Notes: generated from the sequence alone by a model not told the origin. A stretch of 64,000 nucleotides of DNA from an uncultured Acidobacteriota bacterium (GCA_963720545.1 OY970399.1:2432001-2496000); one strand, 5' to 3'. Positions 49,001-58,489 are shown, counted from the first letter of the stretch. Translations and numbers: made by a program.

Positions 49001-50066
49001 CGCGGGCGCGCGCCACCGCATCGCCATCGAGATCGGACGCGAACACCTGGATGGCCGGCGGCGCCGACAGCTCCGCGGCCGCCTCGGCCAGCAGCATAGC
49101 CAGCGAATAGGCCTCCTCACCGGTGGCGCAGCCGGCGCTCCACACGCGCACGTGGTCGTTTTCGCCTTTGCCCGCGAACAGCCGCGGGACGACCGCTTTC
49201 TCGAGCGCCGCAAACGCTGCTGGGTCGCGAAAGAAGCTGGTGACACTGACGAGCAGGTCCTTGAGGAGCGCCTGCGCTTCCCCGGGTTGGTCGCGCAGGT
49301 AGACAGCGTAGCCCGGCAGGTCGTGGATGCCGCGCAGCCCCATGCGCCGCGCCAGCCGCCGCAGGACCGTCGCCTGCTTGTAGTTGGCGAAGTCGTGACC
49401 GGTGCTGCCGCGCAGCAGGGCGAAGATGTCGCGCAGCGCCTCTTCGTCGCTCGGCGGCGGATCGGCGGACGGCTCGGGGAGCCGCACTTCGCCGAGGCTG
49501 CGCTTGTACGCCAGGATCGCTGCGGGCATGGCCGCGACTCCCAGCACGTGATCGGCGAGGCCGGTGGCGATCGAGTTCTGCGGCATCTCCGCGAACTCCG
49601 CTTCACCGGGATCCTGCACCAGGCAGACGCCGCCCAGCTCCTTGACCCGCTTCAGGCCCATCGAGCCGTTGGCGCCCGTGCCGGAGAGCACCACCGCCAC
49701 TGCGTGCGCGTGCTGCGACTCGGCCAGCGTGCGGAAGAAGATGTCGACCGGCGCGCGCCGCTCCGCGAAGCCCTCGATCTCGGCGAGGGACAAGTGGCCG
49801 TCGGCGAGCGTCAGGCTGCGGTTGGGTGAGATGACGTAGACGTGGTCGGGCGCAACCGCCACGCGTCCCTCGACCTGGGTCACCGCAATCGAGCTGGAGA
49901 GCTGCACGACCTCCGCCAGCTTGCTGTCGTGGTCGGGCGACAGGTGCAGCACCACGACGAACGCCATGCCGCTGTCCGCGGGCACATTCTCGAAGAAGCG
50001 TCTGATGGCCTGGATGCCGCCAGCCGATGCGCCGATGCCGACGATCACGAAATCAGTCGCAGCCAT
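46023..50066 (-). CDS. CheB-CheR-coiled coil-PAS-HisKA_3 histidine kinase fusion
   Basis: CheB GIGASAGG; CheR VTSFFRD, WSAGCATGEEAYS and CRNLLIY; EELQ heptads; several PAS domains; kinase ARDLHDHLGQ, QEALNN and DDGVGF. Confidence 0.93.
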   Translation of the reverse strand: MAATDFVIVGIGASAGGIQAIRRFFENVPADSGMAFVVVLHLSPDHDSKLAEVVQLSSSIAVTQVEGRVAVAPDHVYVISPNRSLTLADGHLSLAEIEGFAERRAPVDIFFRTLAESQHAHAVAVVLSGTGANGSMGLKRVKELGGVCLVQDPGEAEFAEMPQNSIATGLADHVLGVAAMPAAILAYKRSLGEVRLPEPSADPPPSDEEALRDIFALLRGSTGHDFANYKQATVLRRLARRMGLRGIHDLPGYAVYLRDQPGEAQALLKDLLVSVTSFFRDPAAFAALEKAVVPRLFAGKGENDHVRVWSAGCATGEEAYSLAMLLAEAAAELSAPPAIQVFASDLDGDAVARARDGLYTLNDCADVAPERLRRFFAKEGERYRVRKELREMVLFAHHNVVKDPPFSHLDLISCRNLLIYLNRTAQQQVLEMSHFALNAGGFLFLGSSESIEGAGDLFATVDKEACLFNSRAAAPRLNVVIPELRVAGENRVPGLAPALAMHGAREHMSTAELHQRLLEQYAPPSVVVNERFDIVHVSDRAGRYLQIAGGDPTYNLLRAVRPALRLELRTALHHAAQQRVTVEARGLTLELDSGQVVVDLTVRPVLGAGDPAAGFFLVLFHELASDALLTPATKAEQLGGDDAVRHLEAELQRLQALHRATVEHHETQAEELQASNEELQAINEEMRSSAEELETSKEELQSLNEELRTVNQELKIKVEEQVQANDDIRNLINSTEIGTIFLDRQSHVKLFTPRARDVFTLIPADRGRPLSDINSWLVAPELQDDIALVLERLERVEREVATRDGRWQLMRILPYRTAEERIGGVVLTFVDITERRRTEQALRASEERLRRAIGIETVGVLFFTSTGVVIDANEAFLRMTGHDSADLSHRRVQWQAMIPPEERARTGAAMRQLLDTGRIAPREQLLLRRDGSRWWSLFTATRLGPDEAVGFVIDLSEQRRAEELQGSERRLRLILESATDYAIFTTDLGGRIDSWNPGAERMFGYREDQAVGRPIDVLFTPEDRLAEVPRAELARAGSEGQASNERWLLREDGSRFFASGEIVALRDSGGALVGFVTIARDLTERKRLEDTLLEAHGELETRVEQRTAELGAANAELDAKLQERHAAEDEIRSLMRRLITVQEDERSRIARDLHDHLGQQVAGLGLRIDALNELSPQDPALRAAIAEARKTIARLDRDLDFFTWELRPAALDDLGLVATLADFVREWSKEFGIPADYHGSGLDSVRLAFEVETNLYRIAQEALNNVYKHAHAARVGVILERRGDEVVLVIEDDGVGFQKGESATGAQERGIGLLGMHERAAFIGGRLEIESSPGRGTTVFVQAPLGL

Positions 50067-50080
50067 GGATTGCTGCCAGA

Positions 50081-50087
50081 TAGTATA
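50081..50087. promoter_or_regulatory. Overlapping -10 elements, putative bidirectional promoter
   Basis: TAGTAT (+, 50081-50086) and TATACT (-, 50082-50087) lie in the 25-bp gap between two divergent start codons. Confidence 0.55.
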
Positions 50088-50091
50088 GGGA

Positions 50092-50745
50092 ATGGCCCGC
50101 GTGCGGATCCTGCTCGCCGACGACCACGAGACCGTGCGCGAGGGGCTGAAGGCGATCCTGAACGCGCAGTCCGACATGGAAGTGGTCGGCGAAGCGATCG
50201 ACGGCAGGAGCGCTGTCGCGCTCGCCTGCAGGCTCAACCCCGACCTGGTGGTCATGGACGTTTCGATGCCGGACGTCAATGGCCTGCGCGCGACCGAACT
50301 GCTGAAAGAGCGCTGCCCGGCGGTGCGGGTGGTGGCGCTGAGCCGCCACTCCGACGACGGCTACTTGCGCGAGCTGCTGCGCGCCGGCGCCGCTGGCTAC
50401 GTGCTGAAGCAGAGCCGCTCGGGCGAGCTGCTGCAGGCGATTCGCGCGGTCGCCGCCGGCGGCAGCTACCTCGACCCCGCGATCACCGCCAACGTGATCC
50501 GCGACTTCGGTGCCCGGCCGGCAACCGCGCGACCGCCTGCCGACGCAAGCCTCAGCCCGCGCGAGGAGGAGACCCTGCGGCTCGTGAGCCTCGGCTACAG
50601 CAACAAGGAAATCGCCTCGCGGCTCACCCTCAGCGTCAAGACGGTGGAAACTCACAAGGCGAACGGCATGCACAAGCTCGGGTTCCGCAGCCGCATCGAC
50701 ATCGTGCGCTTCGCGGTTCTCAGGGACTGGCTGAAGGACCCGTAG
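50092..50745 (+). CDS. NarL/FixJ family response regulator
   Basis: LLADDH, VMDVSMP, GYVLK and LuxR-type HTH LSPREEE...SNKEIA...SVKTVETH. Confidence 0.95.
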   Translation: MARVRILLADDHETVREGLKAILNAQSDMEVVGEAIDGRSAVALACRLNPDLVVMDVSMPDVNGLRATELLKERCPAVRVVALSRHSDDGYLRELLRAGAAGYVLKQSRSGELLQAIRAVAAGGSYLDPAITANVIRDFGARPATARPPADASLSPREEETLRLVSLGYSNKEIASRLTLSVKTVETHKANGMHKLGFRSRIDIVRFAVLRDWLKDP

Positions 50746-51325
50746 TCTCAGGCACCAGCGGGCTGGCGAGCAGGCGCCCGAGCAGCGGTGGGATTTCCGC
50801 GAGCGTCGCGATGTGGTCGACGTCGACGTGCGCCGCGGCGCTGCCGGGCATCGACGGGAACTGCGCGTCTTGCGGATCCTGCACGACCGCGATCCCGCCC
50901 AGGCGCTTGATTGCCGCGAGGCCCGCCGTGCCGTCATCGAGGTTGCCGGTGAGGATCACGCCGATCGCCGCCGCGCCATACGCTTGTGCGGCCGAACGGA
51001 ACAGGGGATCGATCGCAGGGCGAAAGCGATTTTCCTTCGGCCCCCTGATCACAGCCAGCGCGCCGGGTTCGATCAGCAGGTGATGGTCGGGCGGCGCGAC
51101 GTAGAGATGCCCCGCCTCGAGACGGGCACCATTCTCAGCATTCGCGACCGGCAGCCGCGTCGCGCGCCGCAGGATTTCGTCGATCACACCGGGCGAGTCG
51201 GCTGCGGTGTGGATGACGACGCAGATGGCGGCGGGCAGGCCTTCGGGCAGAGCGCAGACGATCCGGCGGACGGCATCGATCCCGCCCGAGGAAGCGCCGA
51301 TGACCACGACTCGCCTGGCGTCCAT
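50720..51325 (-). CDS. Stand-alone CheB methylesterase domain protein
   Basis: IGASSGG, VIHT, RPAIDPLFRSAA and LTGNLDDG. No receiver domain. Confidence 0.9.
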   Translation of the reverse strand: MDARRVVVIGASSGGIDAVRRIVCALPEGLPAAICVVIHTAADSPGVIDEILRRATRLPVANAENGARLEAGHLYVAPPDHHLLIEPGALAVIRGPKENRFRPAIDPLFRSAAQAYGAAAIGVILTGNLDDGTAGLAAIKRLGGIAVVQDPQDAQFPSMPGSAAAHVDVDHIATLAEIPPLLGRLLASPLVPETTGPSASP

Positions 51326-51452
51326 CGTCTCACTTCAGTATCAACCTCATTTCTAAACCCGGCCGTCGTTCATTGCACCTCGGGGAAAACCCTGATGAAA
51401 GTGTCTGCCTTCCCGATTTACATGCGCTGCGCGACTGGAGAAACCTGTCTCC

Positions 51453-52265
51453 TTGGAACTCGCCAATCCTTCCCTGCAGCACGTTCCCCTGCCGACCGAC
51501 GGCAATGGCGATGCGGCCGCCAGTCACGCGGAGTTGCGCAAGCAACTCGTGGAAGCACAGGCCGCCTTGTCTAGCGCCACCACCGCAGCACGCCTCAAGG
51601 ATCATTACCTCGCGACCTTGTGTCACGAGTTGCGGCAGCCGCTCGCCGCCGGCTATTCCGCGCTCGAGGTGATGCGCCTCAGCCTCAGTCCCGAGCGCCG
51701 TCAGCGCGCGGCCGAGATCATCGAGGCACAACTGCGCCACGTCGCGCGCCTCATCGACTACGCCGCCGAGATGTCGGAAACGAACCGCCGGGACGGTGAC
51801 GCCGAGCGGCGCGAAACGGCCGACCTGCGGGAGCTGGTCGAGCGCGGGCTCGCGATGACGGCACCACTCTTCGACCAGCAGCGCCACCGTGTGCAAGTGG
51901 CGCTGGGTGCGGCCCCGGTGTGGCTGCGCGTCGACCCGACGCGCATGGTGCAGGCGTTCGCCAACCTGCTGCGCAACGCCGCGAGCTATACGCCGCCGGG
52001 CGGCGAGATCGCGGTGATGCTGACGCAGACGCCATCAGAGGTGTGCTTCCGCGTGCGCGACAACGGCATCGGCATCCGCGCGGAGGCCCTGGAGCGGATC
52101 TTCGAGCTGTTCGAGCAGCAGGCGCCGAACACCGCGCCGGCGAGCCGCGGCATCGGCCTCGCGGTCGTGCGCCAGGTGGTGGAGGGCCACGGCGGCACCG
52201 TCGCCGCCCAAAGCGACGGCGACGGCATGGGCAGCGAGTTCGTGGTGGTGCTGCCCTCCGCCTAG
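51453..52265 (+). CDS. Cytoplasmic HisKA histidine kinase lacking a sensor domain
   Basis: LCHELRQPL, NLLRNAASY, DNGIGI, IFELF and GIGLAVV. Start uncertain (TTG). Confidence 0.88.
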   Translation: MELANPSLQHVPLPTDGNGDAAASHAELRKQLVEAQAALSSATTAARLKDHYLATLCHELRQPLAAGYSALEVMRLSLSPERRQRAAEIIEAQLRHVARLIDYAAEMSETNRRDGDAERRETADLRELVERGLAMTAPLFDQQRHRVQVALGAAPVWLRVDPTRMVQAFANLLRNAASYTPPGGEIAVMLTQTPSEVCFRVRDNGIGIRAEALERIFELFEQQAPNTAPASRGIGLAVVRQVVEGHGGTVAAQSDGDGMGSEFVVVLPSA

Positions 52266-53146
52266 TTCCTGGTGCCGAGGCGCGCGGTTTCGGTGAACCG
52301 CAGTCGCAGCACCGTGCCCTCGGGAAGCTCCACGTTCTCGCCCTTGGTGGCCGCGAGCGTACCGCCCCCGCCGACCACGGCGCCGAGCAGGACGCCCTCC
52401 TTGCCGCCGATCACCCCGCCGATCACCCCGCCGAGAAGCGCGCCGAGGCCGCCCTTCTTCGCCGAGCTGCCACCCGAGTGTTGTTCACTCACCGACACGA
52501 CGGTAGTGCGAATGCTGGTGGCCGCACCCTCCATGTCGAGGCTGCGGAAATCGAGGGTGAGCCGCCCGTCCCTCTGGACGCGCTCCGCGGTCTGCACGTC
52601 GGTCACGATCCCCGACACGGGCGTGCCGGCAGGCACCACCTCGCGTCCGGCGACCATGATCGGGTCGAGCGTGGTGGCTTCGGCCCGGTCCTCGATGCGG
52701 GCGGTGCGCGACGACAGCGGCTGGTCGAGGCTCACCTCGAATTCGGTGCCGGCGGGAATTTCCGCATCGCGGCCAGCGTCGGGCTGCGCGGCGCGGTCGA
52801 GCGTCGCGTCGATGTCCCGGCGCAGGGCGGCGGCCGACTGCTGGACCTGCTGCACCTTTTCCACCGTGGCACCGTCGCCGCGACTCGGGTCTTCACGGCG
52901 CTGGCGCATCTGGCCCTCGAGCCAGGTGACGTCGTCACGGAGGTCCTGGGCGCGCCGCTCGAACTCGGCCCGCCGCGGGTTTTCCGCCGGCAGCGCGTCG
53001 AGGGCCTCGTCGAGGCGCGTCAGCTCCGTCTGGAGCGAGCGCAGGTCTCGCCCGCGCGCCGCTTGTGCATGGGCCGCAATGCTCATCACTCCGAGCAGGA
53101 TCGCCGTGAATGCGCTGAGCAACAGGCCAGGATGACGATGCTTCAT
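52262..53146 (-). CDS. Secreted protein: coiled coil, TrbI/VirB10-like beta domain, glycine zipper
   Basis: Signal peptide, IPAGTEFEVSLDQPLSS, VPAGTPVSG, GLGALLGGVIGG and VELPEGT. Confidence 0.7.
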   Translation of the reverse strand: MKHRHPGLLLSAFTAILLGVMSIAAHAQAARGRDLRSLQTELTRLDEALDALPAENPRRAEFERRAQDLRDDVTWLEGQMRQRREDPSRGDGATVEKVQQVQQSAAALRRDIDATLDRAAQPDAGRDAEIPAGTEFEVSLDQPLSSRTARIEDRAEATTLDPIMVAGREVVPAGTPVSGIVTDVQTAERVQRDGRLTLDFRSLDMEGAATSIRTTVVSVSEQHSGGSSAKKGGLGALLGGVIGGVIGGKEGVLLGAVVGGGGTLAATKGENVELPEGTVLRLRFTETARLGTRN

Positions 53147-53186
53147 AAGGATATCTCCCCGAAAATGGTCCAAACTTTCCATGAGG

Positions 53187-53202
53187 AGCAAGGACCATGC
53201 CC
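53187..53202 (-). promoter_or_regulatory. Putative sigma54 promoter
   Basis: The minus strand reads GGGCATGGTCCTTGCT (GG-N10-GC), about 40 bp upstream of ATG 53146. Confidence 0.55.
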
Positions 53203-53283
53203 GTCTTCGGCCCCGGAAGCCTCCACATCCGGCCCTTCTGGTACCCACTAGCCGGACGAATGTACAAAGGAGATACTCGGCTC

Positions 53284-54237
53284 ATGGGGATGAAGAGATA
53301 TCGGACCACCGCATTCGCCCTCGCCTGTGCTGCGCTGCTTTGTTCGCCGCTGCCCGCGTCCGCGCCCGCGCCACAAGCCGCCGCTCCCGCCACCCAGTCG
53401 CGGACAGCCACCGTGGACGGCGCGCTTGTGCACTACCTCACCGCAGGGCAGGGCCCCGCGGTGCTGCTGCTGCACGGCTATGCCGAAACCTCGCGCATGT
53501 GGCGGCCACTCATCCCGCGGCTCGCGCCGGGTTTCATGGTGGTCGCACCCGACCTGCCGGGTATCGGCGATTCCGCAGTTCCGGCCGAGGGCGTCGACAT
53601 GAAGCGCTCGGCCATTCGCATCCACGGCCTGATGAAGAGCCTCGGTGTCGAGAAGGCGGTGGTGGTGGGTCACGACATCGGCCTCATGGTCGCCTATGCG
53701 TACGCCGCGCAGTTTCCGGCGGAAACCGAAAAGCTGGTGCTGATGGATGCCTTCCTGCCTGGTGTCGAGGGGTGGGAGGCGATCTACGACAATCCGGCGA
53801 TCTGGCATTTCCGTTTTAACGGCCCCACCCCCGAGGCGCTCGTGAAGGGACGCGAGCGCACCTACTTCGAGCACTACTGGAACGATTTCGCGGCGAACCC
53901 GAAGCAGTCGATCCCGGATTCGGAGCGCCAGGCGTATACCGCGGCCTATGCGCGTCCGGGCCGTATGCGCGCGAGCTGGGCCTACTTCATCGACTTCCCG
54001 CGCACCGCGAAGGAGTTCGCGGTCCTGGCGCAGACGAAGCTCAGCATGCCGCTGCTGACGATTGGCGGCGAGAAGGCGAACGGCGAGGCGCTCGCGCAGC
54101 AGGCGAAGCTGGTCGCGACCGATCCGAAGTCGGTGGTCTTGCCCAACACCGGCCATTGGCTCATGGAGGAGAACCAAAGGGCGACGATGGACGCGATCCT
54201 GGCGTTCATCGGCCCTGCGCCCGAGGCGAAGCGCTGA
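53284..54237 (+). CDS. Alpha/beta hydrolase, epoxide hydrolase/dehalogenase-like
   Basis: LLHGY, PDLPGIG, GHDIG (Asp nucleophile), WHF and GHWLMEE. Signal peptide present. Confidence 0.9.
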   Translation: MGMKRYRTTAFALACAALLCSPLPASAPAPQAAAPATQSRTATVDGALVHYLTAGQGPAVLLLHGYAETSRMWRPLIPRLAPGFMVVAPDLPGIGDSAVPAEGVDMKRSAIRIHGLMKSLGVEKAVVVGHDIGLMVAYAYAAQFPAETEKLVLMDAFLPGVEGWEAIYDNPAIWHFRFNGPTPEALVKGRERTYFEHYWNDFAANPKQSIPDSERQAYTAAYARPGRMRASWAYFIDFPRTAKEFAVLAQTKLSMPLLTIGGEKANGEALAQQAKLVATDPKSVVLPNTGHWLMEENQRATMDAILAFIGPAPEAKR

Positions 54238-54283
54238 ACTGAAAGTACTGGCGCGGCGCCACGCTCGGGGGTACGGTCGAGGT

Positions 54284-55717
54284 ATGGATACCCGGAAGTT
54301 GCCGCAACTGTTCTGCGTCATCGCTGCAACGCTCACTGTTGCCGCGGCGCCGGCCGTCGCCGCGCCGCTGCCGAACGTCGTCGTAATCATGACCGACGAC
54401 CAGACGCTCGACTCGCTGCGCTTCATGCCGAGGGTGCTGTCGCTCCTCGGCAGCGAGGGCACCACTTTCGACAACAACTTCGTGTCGTTCCCGTTGTGCT
54501 GCCCGTCCCGCGCCACCTTCCTGACGGGCCAGTACTCGCACAACCACGGCGTCAACAGCAATAATCCGCCGCTCGGCGGCTACACCCAGCTCGACCACAC
54601 GAACACTCTTGCCGTCTGGCTGCAGGCTGCCGGCTATCACACGACGCACATCGGCAAGTACCTGAATGGCTATGGAACCGGCGGCGTGCCGCAGACCGAG
54701 ATCCCTCCCGGCTGGAGCGACTGGCAGGCGACCGTCGGCTTCTCCGCCTACAAGATGTACGGCTACACGGTGAACGAGAACGGCACCCTGGTGCAGTACC
54801 GCAACGAGCCGGCCGACTACCAGACCGATGTGCTCGCGGCGCGTGCGGTTGCCGCGCTGCACGCGCGGGCGCTGGCAGGCGGGCCGTTCTTCATGTGGAT
54901 AGCACCGCTGGCGCCGCACGCCGAGGCCGGCGGCGACGGGCCGCGCGCGGCGCCTCGCCACGAGGGCGCTTTCGCCGCCGAACCGCTGCCGATGCCGCCC
55001 TCGTTCAACGAAGCCGACGTCAGCGACAAGCCGCACTCGATTGCCAATCTGCCGTCGCTGACGCCCGCGCAGGTGACGGCGGTGACGGCGCGCTATCGCG
55101 ATCGCCTCGAGTCGCTGCTGGCAGTCGACGATCTTGTGGAGGGCGTCTACAACCAGCTTGCCGCGGACGGGCTGCTCGCGAACACGTACCTCATCTTCAC
55201 CTCGGACAACGGTTTCTTCCAGGGCGAGCACCGGGTGAAGCAGGGCAAGACCAAGCTCTACGAAGAGTCGGTGCGCGTGCCGCTCATCGTCCGCGGGCCC
55301 GGCTTCGCCGCGGGTGCCCACAGCAGCGCGCTGGTCGCGAACATCGACTTCGCGGCGTCCCTGGTCGCGTGGACAGGCGCGACGCCGGCACGCGTGCTCG
55401 ACGGCCGCAACCTCCGGCTCGCCGCCAACCATCCGGGCACGCTGGCGAGCCGCACCATCCTCCTGGAGAACGGCGACGAGTCGACGGGGGCGCGCTACAC
55501 CGACGGCATCCGCACCAGGCGCTATGTGTATCTCGAATGGCGCTTTCCGACCAAGCCCACCGAGTTCGAGCTTTACGACCTGTCCGCGGACGCGTACCAG
55601 CTCACGAACCTGCACGGCGACGCCGCGTACGCGGCGATCGAGGCGAGCCTGGCGCAGAAGCTGGGTGAACTGAAGGTGTGTGCCGGCGGTGCCTGCGACA
55701 GCGTCCGCTATCCCTGA
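54284..55717 (+). CDS. Cys-type sulfatase, N-acetylglucosamine-6-sulfatase-like
   Basis: PNVVVIMTDD, CCPSRATFLTG, GKYLN, APH, TSDNG and ELYDL. Confidence 0.92.
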   Translation: MDTRKLPQLFCVIAATLTVAAAPAVAAPLPNVVVIMTDDQTLDSLRFMPRVLSLLGSEGTTFDNNFVSFPLCCPSRATFLTGQYSHNHGVNSNNPPLGGYTQLDHTNTLAVWLQAAGYHTTHIGKYLNGYGTGGVPQTEIPPGWSDWQATVGFSAYKMYGYTVNENGTLVQYRNEPADYQTDVLAARAVAALHARALAGGPFFMWIAPLAPHAEAGGDGPRAAPRHEGAFAAEPLPMPPSFNEADVSDKPHSIANLPSLTPAQVTAVTARYRDRLESLLAVDDLVEGVYNQLAADGLLANTYLIFTSDNGFFQGEHRVKQGKTKLYEESVRVPLIVRGPGFAAGAHSSALVANIDFAASLVAWTGATPARVLDGRNLRLAANHPGTLASRTILLENGDESTGARYTDGIRTRRYVYLEWRFPTKPTEFELYDLSADAYQLTNLHGDAAYAAIEASLAQKLGELKVCAGGACDSVRYP

Positions 55718-55729
55718 CCTTGCGGCGCT

Positions 55730-56788
55730 TCAGGCGTCCGCGACGAAGATGCGCACCTGCCGCGGCTTGACGAAGAAACGATCGCCGGTCACGGGCTGCA
55801 GCACTTCATAGCGCTCGCGCGTGACGTCCACCTGCACCAGGCCGGTCTCGTCGTCTTCCAGTTCGAGCTTGACGACGGCGCCGCCCGGATTCACGTGGCG
55901 CAGCACGGCCCAGAAGCCGTCGCCGTCCTGCTCGCGCCACAGCTCGAGGTCGTGCGGCCGGGCGAATGCCTTGGCCGGAAGCATTTCGCTCGCCGGGTGC
56001 TCGGGGTAGTCGACCGAGAGCGATCCGAAATGCGCCCGGCCCTCGGCGACGCGGCCCTTGAACACGTTGACGCTGCCGAGGAAGCCCATCACGAACTGCG
56101 TCGCCGGACGATCGAACACCTCCTGCGGCGTGCCGACCTGTTCGACCTTGCCTTTGTTCATCACCACGACCTGGTCGGCCACTTCGAGCGCCTCTTCCTG
56201 GTCATGGGTGACGAACACCGAGGTGACGCGAATCTCGTCGTGCAGGCGCCGCAGCCAGCGGCGCAGCTCCTGGCGCACCTTGGCGTCGAGCGAACCGAAC
56301 GGCTCGTCGAGCAGCAGCACCTTCGGCTCCACCGCGAGCGCGCGGGCCAGCGCGACACGCTGCCGCTGCCCGCCGGAGAGCTGCGAAGGGTAGCGATCGC
56401 CGAGCCAGTCGAGCTGCACCAGCTTCAGCAGGTCGGAAACCTTCCGGCGCACTTCCGCCTCCGGCGGGCGGCTGGCGCGCGGCCGCACCCGCAGGCCAAA
56501 CGCCACGTTCTCGAAGACGCTCATGTGGCGAAACAGCGCATAGTGCTGGAACACGAAACCGACGCCGCGGTGGCGGACATCGGCGCGGCTCGTGTCCTCG
56601 CCGGCGAAGAAGATCTGGCCGCGGTCGGGGCGCTCCAGGCCGGCGATGATGCGCAACAGGCTGGTCTTGCCCGACCCCGACGGTCCGAGCAGCGCCACCA
56701 GCTCGCCGGTGGGCACGGTGACGCTGACGTCGTCGAGCGCGACAAACGAACCAAACGTCTTGGTGACGTTGCGGACTTCAATCGACAT
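55730..56788 (-). CDS. cysA: Sulfate ABC transporter ATP-binding protein
   Basis: [26 protein letters not shown] and LLLDEPF. Operon context. Confidence 0.93.
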   Translation of the reverse strand: MSIEVRNVTKTFGSFVALDDVSVTVPTGELVALLGPSGSGKTSLLRIIAGLERPDRGQIFFAGEDTSRADVRHRGVGFVFQHYALFRHMSVFENVAFGLRVRPRASRPPEAEVRRKVSDLLKLVQLDWLGDRYPSQLSGGQRQRVALARALAVEPKVLLLDEPFGSLDAKVRQELRRWLRRLHDEIRVTSVFVTHDQEEALEVADQVVVMNKGKVEQVGTPQEVFDRPATQFVMGFLGSVNVFKGRVAEGRAHFGSLSVDYPEHPASEMLPAKAFARPHDLELWREQDGDGFWAVLRHVNPGGAVVKLELEDDETGLVQVDVTRERYEVLQPVTGDRFFVKPRQVRIFVADA

Positions 56789-57647
56789 GAATGTTCTCCA
56801 GTGGACTGGTGGAACGTACGGCGGCCGAACGCCATTCGACCGCGGTCTTGGCGACCAGCGTCACGAGCGCGAGCAGGGTGAGGAGCGATGCCACCGCGAA
56901 GGCGGCCTGGAAGTTGTATTCGTTGTAGAGGATCTCGACGTGCAGCGGCAGGGTGTTGGTCTTGCCGCGGATGTGGCCGGAGACGACCGACACCGCGCCG
57001 AATTCGCCCATCGCGCGCGCGTTGCAGAGGATGACGCCGTACAGCAGTCCCCATTTCAGGTTGGGGACGGTGACGCGCCAGAACATCTGCCAGCCCGACG
57101 CGCCCAGCACCCGCGCCGCTTCCTCCTCGTCGGCGCCCTGCGCTTGCATCAGCGGGATCAGCTCGCGCGCCACGAACGGGAACGTGACGAAGATGGTGGC
57201 GAGCACCAGGCCGGGCACGGCGAACACCACGTGTATGCCGAGATTCTGCAGCGTGGGCCCGAGCAGGCTGGTGCGGCCGAAGAGCAGGATGAAGACCACA
57301 CCGGAAATCACGGGCGAGACGCCGAACGGCAGGTCCACGAGCGTGACCAGGACGTTCTTGCCGGGGAACTCGAACCGGGCAATGGCCCAGGACGCGGCGA
57401 CGCCGAAAACCAGGTTGAGCGGCACCGCGATCGCGGCGGTGATCAGCGTCAGCTTGAGCGCGGAGAGCGCCATGGGTTCGGTCAGTGCCGTGAAGTAGGC
57501 GTTCATCCCCTTCTGCAGCGCCTCGGTGAACACCGAGACCAGCGGCACCACCAGGAACAAGGCGAGGAACCCGAGCGCCGTGGCGCCCAGCAGGAGCTTG
57601 ACGGCGAGCGGCTCGGTGACCGTGCGGCGGCTGTCGCTCATGGTCAT
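56778..57647 (-). CDS. cysW: Sulfate ABC transporter permease CysW
   Basis: PFVARELIP and [24 protein letters not shown] overlap with cysT. Confidence 0.93.
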   Translation of the reverse strand: MTMSDSRRTVTEPLAVKLLLGATALGFLALFLVVPLVSVFTEALQKGMNAYFTALTEPMALSALKLTLITAAIAVPLNLVFGVAASWAIARFEFPGKNVLVTLVDLPFGVSPVISGVVFILLFGRTSLLGPTLQNLGIHVVFAVPGLVLATIFVTFPFVARELIPLMQAQGADEEEAARVLGASGWQMFWRVTVPNLKWGLLYGVILCNARAMGEFGAVSVVSGHIRGKTNTLPLHVEILYNEYNFQAAFAVASLLTLLALVTLVAKTAVEWRSAAVRSTSPLENIHVD

Positions 57648-58477
57648 TCCGCCGTGCCGAGCCGCGCGCTCCACGACTGCAGCCGGTTGACGCCGAGCAG
57701 GATGACGAACGACGCGAGCAGCGTCACCGTGGCGATCGCCGCCGCGCCGCCGTAGTCGTATTGCTCCAGCTTGGTGATGATGATGAGCGGCGTGATCTCG
57801 GTCTTCATCGGCATGTTGCCGGCGATGAAGACAACGCTGCCGTATTCGCCGAGCGCGCGCGCAAAGGCGAGCGAGACGCCGGTGAGCCACGCCGGCATGA
57901 GGCTCGGCATCACCACGCGGCGCACCGTTTCGAAGCGCCCGGCACCGAGACTGGCGGCGGCCTCTTCCACTTCGGGGTCGAGGCTCTCGAGCACCGGTTG
58001 CAGCGTGCGCACCACGAACGGCAGGCCGATGAAGGTGAGGGCGATCATGATGCCGAGCGGTGTAAACGCCGCCTTGATGCCGAGCCGGCCGAGGGGTTCG
58101 CCGAGCCAGCCGTTGGGGGCGTAGAGGGTGGTGAGCGCGATGCCCGCGACCGCGGTGGGCAGCGCGAACGGCAGGTCGACGAGCGCGTCGATGAGGCGAC
58201 GCCCGGGAAAGCGGTAGCGCACCAGTACCCAGGTGACGATGAGCCCGAACACGCCGTTGATCGCCGCGGCCACCAGCGAGGCGCCGAAGGTGAGCTTGTA
58301 GGAAGCGACCACGCGCGGCGCCGTCACCGCCGCCCAGAACCCGGCAGCCCCGAGGCTGGTGCTGCGCACGAACAGGGCCGCGAGCGGCACCAGCACGATC
58401 AGCGACAGGTAGAGGAGCGTGTAGCCGAGCGATAGCCCGAAGCCCGGCAGCACGCTGTGGCGCTTGCGAAAGAGCAT
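57644..58477 (-). CDS. cysT: Sulfate ABC transporter permease CysT/CysU
   Basis: [21 protein letters not shown] and [10 protein letters not shown]. Confidence 0.93.
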   Translation of the reverse strand: MLFRKRHSVLPGFGLSLGYTLLYLSLIVLVPLAALFVRSTSLGAAGFWAAVTAPRVVASYKLTFGASLVAAAINGVFGLIVTWVLVRYRFPGRRLIDALVDLPFALPTAVAGIALTTLYAPNGWLGEPLGRLGIKAAFTPLGIMIALTFIGLPFVVRTLQPVLESLDPEVEEAAASLGAGRFETVRRVVMPSLMPAWLTGVSLAFARALGEYGSVVFIAGNMPMKTEITPLIIITKLEQYDYGGAAAIATVTLLASFVILLGVNRLQSWSARLGTAE

Positions 58478-58489
58478 GGAATCGGGCCC

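Noticed and set aside
45180..49829. 1549-aa plus-strand ORF
   Set aside because: It is the antisense shadow of the CheB-CheR kinase and carbonic anhydrase genes.
46023..51325. Flagellar chemotaxis operon
   Set aside because: No MCP, CheA, CheW or CheY is present, and the output is a HisKA_3/NarL pair.
52262..53146. Conjugative type IV secretion element
   Set aside because: Only an isolated VirB10-like domain is present, with no VirB4, relaxase or other tra genes.
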